The position numbers were made by a program, and so were the translations under genes. A stretch of DNA of 64,000 nucleotides. It comes from an uncultured Clostridia bacterium (lineage in GTDB: Bacteria; Bacillota; Clostridia; Christensenellales; UBA1242). Location: assembly GCA_944381105.1 (NCBI GenBank), contig CALWJU010000018.1:3342-67341 (forward strand), read 5' to 3'. This document shows positions 57,571 through 64,000 of the stretch, piece by piece. Numbering within the stretch: position 1 is the first letter of the stretch; the number at the start of each line of letters is the position of its first letter. The notes below the pieces were generated by a model. That model was not told where the DNA came from. It saw only the letters and a program-made list of their open reading frames with translations, and ran no database searches.

Positions 57571-58602
57571 ATGGCAAACGAAGATTTTTTAATCGGTGCA
57601 AATGACGAGCACGGAGTTAATCCTCCTACTGCTGGTAAACGTACACCATACATAGCACAACTAGGTAGGCAAATTTATGAAAATGAGTTCAATCGTGCAA
57701 CCAAAAACAAGTTTATTGAGGCTTGTATGAGGCAAGATTTTTCTGTATTTGACGTCAAAAGTGAAATGCAGGATGTGTCTATTTCAGAGAGAGTTCGGCG
57801 TATAAATTCTATGAACTTAACATTGCTTGTTACCTTTGCCTACAATGCTTATGGCGAGGAGTTCAACTCTGCCTCAGGGGTTGAAACTTTCTACTCGCCA
57901 CTCAACCCAAATGCAAGTCAAAGTAGAGCACTCGCACAAGACATCTATAACCGTCTCATCGAAGGCACGACTCAAAATGGGCGAGGGGTTAAAACGCTTG
58001 ATGTGGGAGTTCTTTCCTCAGTCAACTGCACCTCATCTCTGATTGAGGCTGGATTTATGACTAACTTCCGTGAGGCTGGGCTTATGCTAAATCCCCTCTT
58101 CGTAACCGAGGTGGGCGAAGAAGCCTGTCATGGCGTTTGCGACTTTTTGGGAGTGCCATTTATCCCTCGTGATAATCTTGACAACTATCCTCTTCTTAGA
58201 CAGGGCAGTCAAAACAACTTTGTCTATCTGTTGCAGTTTATACTAGCAAATCAATATGGCTATGATTTATCTGTTGATGGTATCTTTGGCAGTCGAACGG
58301 CTTCCGCTGTGCGTGATTTTCAAGCAAATAATTCACTCGCTGTCGATGGTCTGGTTGGCAACAATACCTGGAAATACCTTTTAACCTTACCTGAATATCC
58401 TCTTCTTCGACAGGGACTACGAGGCTCGTATGTTAGATTTTTACAACAACTGCTTGAAAGCAAGTTCTACCCTGTCGGTACTATTGATGGAATTTTTGGC
58501 AATAATACCGCCTCTGCTGTCCGTTCATTTCAATCAGCAAATGGACTCATTGTTGACGGCATAGTCGGACCTAACACCTGGAACGCACTTGCTACAACAT
58601 AA
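57571..58602 (+). CDS. N-acetylmuramoyl-L-alanine amidase (Amidase_3 fold) with two C-terminal PG_binding_1 repeats
   Basis: Start ATG 57571 (AAAGGAG upstream). GVETFY, SRALAQDIYNRL and SSLIEAGFMTNFREAGL fit Amidase_3. There are two repeats of YPLLRQG..G..V..LQ..L......DGIFG..TASAVR.FQ..N.L.VDG.VG.NTW..L. Confidence 0.8.
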   Translation: MANEDFLIGANDEHGVNPPTAGKRTPYIAQLGRQIYENEFNRATKNKFIEACMRQDFSVFDVKSEMQDVSISERVRRINSMNLTLLVTFAYNAYGEEFNSASGVETFYSPLNPNASQSRALAQDIYNRLIEGTTQNGRGVKTLDVGVLSSVNCTSSLIEAGFMTNFREAGLMLNPLFVTEVGEEACHGVCDFLGVPFIPRDNLDNYPLLRQGSQNNFVYLLQFILANQYGYDLSVDGIFGSRTASAVRDFQANNSLAVDGLVGNNTWKYLLTLPEYPLLRQGLRGSYVRFLQQLLESKFYPVGTIDGIFGNNTASAVRSFQSANGLIVDGIVGPNTWNALATT

Positions 58603-58987
58603 GAAAATCTAATGACTATCCTCATCTATGAGAATAAAATCTGCTAAAAATTTGAATGTACTTAAAACATCATAGGCTCAAATCAACTACCAAAAATCAA
58701 TCATAAGAATGGTATTTTCCCTGTAAAATTAATCGGACTTGATTGAACCTTAAATTTGTGCAGTGAAAAATTTCGGTGAAATAAGCAAAGTTATCAAATT
58801 TATCAACTTTGATTATTGACTATGCTATCAAATTTCTTTCACAGCGTGATTCATTTTCAGCAAAACTTCTATTTTTCAAGATAGAGGTTTTTGTTTTAGC
58901 AACTTCTCTCGCACGCACGTATGATAGATTATTTTTATTCGTCGACAGACAAATATTATTTTCTATTTCTATTTCTATTTCTATTTA

Positions 58988-59156
58988 GGGTTATCTTTTG
59001 GTTATCTCACTTTTTGTTTGGGTTATCTCTTGGTTATCTTGGGTTATCTTGGGTTATCTTTGGGTTATCTTTGGTTATGTCTTGGTTATCTTGGGTTATC
59101 TCTTGGTTATCTTCGGTTATCTTTGGGTTATCTTGGGTTATCTTTGGGTTATGTAA
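58988..59156. repeat. Iteron-like array 1: about 15 copies of (G)GGTTATCT(T) phased every 10-12 bp
   Basis: Read directly: GGGTTATCTTTTGGTTATCTCAC...GGGTTATCTCTTGGTTATCTTGGGTTATCTTGGGTTATCTTTGGGTTATCTTTGGTTATGTCTTGGTTATCTT...GGGTTATGTAAG. Confidence 0.85.
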
Positions 59157-59282
59157 GTTTTTAATTGTTTGCAAGGTCTCTTCGTTTATTCACACATGCA
59201 CGCACACGTGTGTGATAGAATATTTATTTTATTCTTCGACAGACAATTATTTATTCTATTTCTATTTCTATTTCTGTGCAAC

Positions 59283-59390
59283 GAATTATGTCCGAATTAT
59301 CTTACAATTATCTCGAATTATCTTGAATTATGTCTGAATTATCTTGAATTATGTTGCAATTATCTCGAATTATCTTGAATTATGTTTTAT
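59283..59390. repeat. Iteron-like array 2: about 10 copies of (G/C)AATTATCT/GT phased every 10-11 bp
   Basis: GAATTATGTCCGAATTATCTTACAATTATCTCGAATTATCTTGAATTATGTCTGAATTATCTTGAATTATGTTGCAATTATCTCGAATTATCTTGAATTATG. Confidence 0.85.
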
Positions 59391-59493
59391 TTATCTTTTA
59401 TTCCCATTTGGCAAGTAAATATATATCTATATATTGTATGTTGTATTACATACAAGACACTGCATATAGTGAAATCTTTATAAAACATTACAA

Positions 59494-60105
59494 TTAATTT
59501 TCTCTTAAATAGGCACGGAGGGAATTTAGGCGAAGTTCAAATTCATAGCGTGTCAGCACAGTCTCGGCTGGGTTTACTTTGCCAATATGATGCAATATGT
59601 ATTTATCTCCTGTGGCTTCTAAAAACCTCTTGTAAAGTAGGTTCTTGCTTGCTGATAGAAAGAGTTCATCAACAAAAATTTGATATTTCTCACTGTCTCT
59701 ATCCATCTCTTTGCCCTGCCAATATAGTTTACCCTTTCTAGTCCAATCATCCAAAAGGTTTGCTCCTCTTGTGTGGTAGGCGTCAAGTCCGCTGTAATTT
59801 AAAACAAGATTTTGAAGGTGTCTATCTTTGTATTTTATCCCCTGCATTACACCCTCAATGCTTGCCACCTTTTTACCTCGAAAGGTAAAGGAAAGAGGAT
59901 AGAGATTTGATAGTCCCCTTGACAAACTGTTTTTTAGATTATATCCAATATTTAAAAATCTTTCGCCCTCTGCGTACTTTTTATTTTCATCCTCAACAAT
60001 CTCGCCATCATAATAAATACAGCCATCTTTTTCGGTTAGTATTTTGTAGTCAAGCGGAAAGTTTTTCCTAAATTTTGTGTATTTTGAAATCTCTTTCTTA
60101 TTCAT
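59494..60105 (-). CDS. NADAR (YbiA/DUF1768)-like domain protein
   Basis: 203 aa. GLSNLYPLSFTFRGKKVASIEGVMQGIKY resembles the FSNF..P....G..W.T.EH.fQA.KF core of NADAR domains, with a later LYWQGKE. Identification is by motif memory only. Confidence 0.4.
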   Translation of the reverse strand: MNKKEISKYTKFRKNFPLDYKILTEKDGCIYYDGEIVEDENKKYAEGERFLNIGYNLKNSLSRGLSNLYPLSFTFRGKKVASIEGVMQGIKYKDRHLQNLVLNYSGLDAYHTRGANLLDDWTRKGKLYWQGKEMDRDSEKYQIFVDELFLSASKNLLYKRFLEATGDKYILHHIGKVNPAETVLTRYEFELRLNSLRAYLREN

Positions 60106-60473
60106 AATTATCCTTTTAACCTTTTTTTGATTATTTTTTCTGTCTAATTGATAGAAATTTTAATATGTAAAATTAATCTTTATTCTACCTCTATTTGCTC
60201 CACATTTTGCTCCCATTGTTTTCCAGAAATATTATATCATACTTTCATTGCATTTTAAAATGATTTATAAAAATGATTTTTATATTTTTTAGTTATTGTT
60301 TACAAAAAGGTTGATAAAAAATTTTTTTTGTGTTAAAATTTAATGGTATTTAAAGGCAATAATTGTATTTAAGAGCATTGTGCAGTACCATGCAAGTTTT
60401 ATAAATACAAAACCAAGCAAAACAGCATAAAGTAAGTTGCCTTTGAAAGAAAGAAAACATATAACGTTTTTAT

Positions 60474-60564
60474 GGAGACGTACCGAAGTGGTCGTACCGG
60501 GACGCACTCGAAATGCGTTTGTCGGGAAACCGGCACGTGAGTTCGAATCTCACCGTCTCCGCCA
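60474..60564 (+). tRNA. tRNA-Ser (anticodon CGA), class II, CCA encoded
   Basis: GGAGACG ... ACGCA CTCGAAA TGCGT, long variable arm TTGTCGGGAAACCGGCAC, GTGAG TTCGAAT CTCAC CGTCTCC G CCA. Confidence 0.9.
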
Positions 60565-61120
60565 AGAGAAAAAACTGCGTTTCTGCCTAATCTCACTTGC
60601 AGTGAGATGCATGGCAGTAGCACTTGTTTTTTCTCTACTCACGCCAAACGTAAATGCTAACGCATTTAGCGTGTCTTATCTCTATAAGGTTGCTATTTAA
60701 AAACTGCATTGTTGCTTATTTTCGCATTTCATGCGAAAAGTTGCGCCTTAACATTTGTTCTCGCTGTGCTCGCACCAAACGTAAATTCACTTTCGTGAAT
60801 TTAGTGCGACTTTTCCTATAAGGATGGATTAAACTTGTTTTTCTCTACTCACGCCAAACGTAAATTCACACAAAATGGGCGCCCATAAAATTGACAAATT
60901 TTATGGGATAAGGAGCAAACAAGTGATATCGCAACAAATTGTGTAAACAATTTTTGCCTGAGCGTAGTTTGCGACGTTTTAGCGTGTCTTATCTCTATAA
61001 GGATACTAATAAATCCTGCACTCTTGTTTCTAATCACGCAAAGCATGAGATATGAAACACTTTCGCTTGTTTTCGTCGTTACTCAAGCCAATCGTAAATA
61101 TTGACGACTTTCTTATAATG
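60565..61120 (+). repeat. tRNA-linked mosaic of structured repeat modules (locus C): three M3 copies, one with an M2 insert, plus two decayed copies
   Basis: M3 copies lie at 60623-60689, 60754-60823 and 60834-61002, with degenerate copies at 61021-61065 and 61066-61120. Module sequences are given in the findings. Confidence 0.75.
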
Positions 61121-61146
61121 ATAATGTTTAGAATTTGGAGGATTAT

Positions 61147-61770
61147 ATGCGACCACTTAATAAATTAGACGATGTGGAAAAATACAAGCATTATGGAAAT
61201 CTTACACAGCCATTCCTTTCTAAAAAATTTATATATGATAAAATCATGCTAGACTTAGACCACAAACATAAAAGTAAAGACAGTGAATATTTTTTATTAA
61301 GTCTATTCTTATGGATACATCATAATGTAAAATATTCACACGAGCAAGATATACAAAATTTAAAATTTATGCGTTCGGCACAAGAAATTTGGGAGAGCAA
61401 AAAAGCAAGTGGTTGCACAGATTTTGCGATTTTATTTGCAACATTTGCTAGGACTCTTGGCATCCCTACAAGTATTTTGTATACTGCCTCAGTGGAGTGG
61501 CTCGAAAAGCTCAAAAATGGTGATGAAAGCACTATGCATATTGGACATACTTTTTGTGAATGTTATTTTAACAGCGAATGGATACTTGTAGACCCAACTA
61601 GCAAACGCATAGAAAAAAGTTATAACCCAGAGAAGATAAAATTATCTTATCATGTGGTTGGAGAAAATGTTTTCGTGCCGTATTATAGAGGGCTCGATTT
61701 AGGAAAAAAACTAAATACAAAAGAGCATAATAAAATGATGGATAATTTGTGCAGTGAAATAAAAATATAA
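61147..61770 (+). CDS. Transglutaminase-like cysteine protease-fold protein
   Basis: Start ATG 61147 (GGAGG 5 nt upstream). KKASGCTDFAILFATFARTLGIPT (catalytic Cys), then HIGHTFCECYF...WILVDPT (His and Asp). Confidence 0.7.
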   Translation: MRPLNKLDDVEKYKHYGNLTQPFLSKKFIYDKIMLDLDHKHKSKDSEYFLLSLFLWIHHNVKYSHEQDIQNLKFMRSAQEIWESKKASGCTDFAILFATFARTLGIPTSILYTASVEWLEKLKNGDESTMHIGHTFCECYFNSEWILVDPTSKRIEKSYNPEKIKLSYHVVGENVFVPYYRGLDLGKKLNTKEHNKMMDNLCSEIKI

Positions 61771-61781
61771 TGAGAGGTATT

Positions 61782-62642
61782 ATGAGTAAATTTTGGTCTC
61801 AAAAGATTCAATCTACTGAACTTTTGTATTACTCCCGTCAAGAAAAATTCAATGATGAAAATAAAGATTTATGGTTTAAACTTTTAAAAGTTAAGGATGG
61901 AATGAAGATACTCGAAGTGGGTTGTGGCGGTGGTCATTTTACAAATATGATTAAAAAATATTACCCTTCTTGCGAGGTCTATGGAATCGATCTTGACAAC
62001 AATCATATCAAATTTGCTAAAAAAGAGAGTAAAAAACAAAATATTGAAGTGAATTATCAAGTCGCCGATATCAAAGAACTCCCCTTTAATGACAACTCTT
62101 TTGATCTCGTATTCTCTCATACTGTCGTTGAACATCTGCCTTTTGATGACTTTATAAAAGAGCAGAAAAGAGTGTTAAAAACAGGTGGCAAACTTGTTAT
62201 TATGAGGGTCGATATGCATATACATAACGACAGACCTTTTTTGATGTTTGAAAATGAAATAAATGATGTTTATAATAAAATGATATTTAAAGATAGTCAA
62301 AAGGTAGGCAAATTTTTGGAAGAACCTGACATAACTATGCAAAGACTTTATAACTATGGCTTTAAAAATATAGGATTTGACTATAACAGAATTTTGTATT
62401 ACCTCCCTGACCTTGCACCGAATAAAATGACTGCCCTCGCCCAAATTGAGAGAGGTTATTTAAGTAGAATTTACAATGCTCTTTTTGCTACCCAGCGTGC
62501 TATAAATGGGGATGATTTAAAAAAACAACTTTTAGACCTATTACAAAAGCAGTATGAAAAAAGGATTGAAATATATAATTCAGGCGAAAAACTATTTGAC
62601 TTTCAATCATCATATCTCATCACGCTGTCAGCAGAAAAGTAA
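61782..62642 (+). CDS. Class I SAM-dependent methyltransferase
   Basis: Start ATG 61782. MKILEVGCGGGHFT (motif I), YGIDLD, and FDLVFSHTVVEHL. Confidence 0.8.
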   Translation: MSKFWSQKIQSTELLYYSRQEKFNDENKDLWFKLLKVKDGMKILEVGCGGGHFTNMIKKYYPSCEVYGIDLDNNHIKFAKKESKKQNIEVNYQVADIKELPFNDNSFDLVFSHTVVEHLPFDDFIKEQKRVLKTGGKLVIMRVDMHIHNDRPFLMFENEINDVYNKMIFKDSQKVGKFLEEPDITMQRLYNYGFKNIGFDYNRILYYLPDLAPNKMTALAQIERGYLSRIYNALFATQRAINGDDLKKQLLDLLQKQYEKRIEIYNSGEKLFDFQSSYLITLSAEK

Positions 62643-62776
62643 GTTAGATGGTAGTAAAAAAAATTTTAGAATAGCATATTTTATTATAAAATAATGTTTA
62701 AATTGTTATAAAAAAATTTGAAAATGTGATAAAATATATTTGTATTTGATTTCAAAATGAATTTTAAAGGTATGAC

Positions 62777-63706
62777 ATGAAAAAATATAAGGTTATTATT
62801 GATACTGACCCAGGAGTTGACGACACCGCTTGCCTCGTGTTCGCACTCCACGATAAAAAACTAGATATTAAACTTTTAACTACCGTTGTGGGTAACGTTC
62901 GTGTTAAAACAGGTACACGAAATATTTTGCATATCCTCGACAAGTTTAATCTCGACTACCCTGTCGCAATGGGGGCAGAAAAAGCAATGTTTAGAATTAG
63001 CCCAACCGCAGAAAATGTTCACCAAAAGGAAGGCATGGGCGGATATATCCCTCCAAAAGAGGTCTCGCATAATCTACTAAAAGAAAATGCAGTTGAGGCA
63101 ATGTACCGAGTTCTTTCCGAAGGCAAGGGCGACATTATTCCTATCGTGCTTGGCCCTCACACAAACATGGGACTACTATTCACAAGGCACCCTGATATCA
63201 TCTCAAAAATACCTAAAATTATCTTTATGGGTGGCTCGCCTTATGGTGTGCCAGGATTCCCTGACCACATATCTTTTAACATAAGTTCTGACCCTGAGGC
63301 TTTCAAGATTGTACTTGATAGTGGCGTACCTCTTGTCATGGTTCCATCAGATATGGGACGAAGAAAGGCATATCTTACTGAAAACTTTGTCTACCAATTG
63401 CGTGATACAAACGACGTTGGTAAATTCCTCTTTCAAATGTACAACAAATATTGGGAGCGAAATTTCCCTGATAAGCGAATTGCCACAAATGATACCTGTG
63501 CCTATATATACCTAACACACCCTCACCTATTCAAATGCAAGAAAGTGGAAGTGAGCGTAGACACAAAAGACACTCCTGGTAAAACATTTGTCAAATTCGA
63601 CAAACATGGGCATGTTCTACTTACCGTTCAAGTAAAACGAGAGAAATTTTTAAAACTTTATGAGAAAAAGTTGAAAGAACTCTCTTATATCAAATTTGAT
63701 GATTAA
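62777..63706 (+). CDS. Nucleoside hydrolase (inosine/uridine-preferring family)
   Basis: 309 aa. N-terminal KVIIDTDPGVDDTACLVFAL (DxDxxxDD motif) and LGPHTNMGLL. Confidence 0.9.
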   Translation: MKKYKVIIDTDPGVDDTACLVFALHDKKLDIKLLTTVVGNVRVKTGTRNILHILDKFNLDYPVAMGAEKAMFRISPTAENVHQKEGMGGYIPPKEVSHNLLKENAVEAMYRVLSEGKGDIIPIVLGPHTNMGLLFTRHPDIISKIPKIIFMGGSPYGVPGFPDHISFNISSDPEAFKIVLDSGVPLVMVPSDMGRRKAYLTENFVYQLRDTNDVGKFLFQMYNKYWERNFPDKRIATNDTCAYIYLTHPHLFKCKKVEVSVDTKDTPGKTFVKFDKHGHVLLTVQVKREKFLKLYEKKLKELSYIKFDD

Positions 63707-63834
63707 AGAAAACAACTTTGTATTTAGATAGAATTAAAACATGATAAATTTTGTAACTTATATAACATAAAAGCAAAGTAAATTTTGTATGTAAATAGAT
63801 GTGTCAATTTTTATCTTAATTTATCTATTAAAAT

Positions 63835-63895
63835 AAACACAGCAAAATTATTATGGAGTTCACTCCATTTTAGCATGCTGTGTTTCTTTATTATT
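63835..63895 (+). terminator. Long hairpin terminator after the nucleoside hydrolase gene
   Basis: AAACACAGCA...TGCTGTGTTT with an inner TGGAGT/ACTCCA helix, followed by a T-rich tract. Confidence 0.55.
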
Positions 63896-64000
63896 TTCAT
63901 ATTAATTTTTATAAAAATCAAACTTTTTATTTATTTTTATTATATTTTTTAATTTTTTGTCTAATTTTTTATCAAAATTTATATATTTTTAACGTTTTTT

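Noticed and set aside
58921-59337. 138-aa ORF (LSWVISWLSS...) across the iteron arrays
   Set aside because: The sequence is a translation of 10-11-bp tandem repeats. There is no RBS and the frame exists only because the repeats lack stop codons.
58988-59390. DnaA-box cluster or chromosomal origin
   Set aside because: The repeated word (TTATCT) only partly resembles TTATCCACA. No dnaA or dnaN gene is adjacent, and the phasing and copy number fit partition or plasmid-type iterons better.

Overview
This is 64 kb of low-GC chromosome from what looks like an endospore-forming Firmicute (Clostridia-like). Supporting signs are a gerA-type germinant-receptor operon, a BclA-type collagen-like protein, queH, yloU/yloV and RF2 with the classical +1 frameshift. 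There are about 50 protein genes. Most are housekeeping: cca, ftsH, leuS, rplJ-rplL with the L10 leader, tsaD, prfB, tlyA, rpmB, cysS, recD2, comFC, hup, lepB and queH. Interleaved with them are surface or spore accessory genes: two tandem BspA-type LRR proteins, a collagen-like protein, an amidase and two paralogous 2-TM proteins. There are three tRNA genes (Leu, Glu, Ser). I saw no CRISPR array, transposase, integrase or recognisable defence operon. The most unusual content is non-coding. (1) All three tRNA loci carry a mosaic of shared repeat modules. These modules keep their helices through compensatory base changes and have GNRA-capped hairpins. At tRNA-Glu they sit inside a 346-bp insert flanked by a 21-bp duplication of the tRNA 3' end. 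(2) A second repeat family (5-6 copies, one tandem array) folds into a linker-less four-way junction, and a GC-rich element with the same architecture lies after prfB. (3) A duplicated block of 10-11-bp phased iteron-like repeats lies in a 0.9-kb gene-free gap next to an orphan NADAR-like gene. All calls were made by eye from the ORF track and the sequence. No database or folding software was available, so family names rest on motif recognition and the coordinates of RNA and repeat features are approximate.
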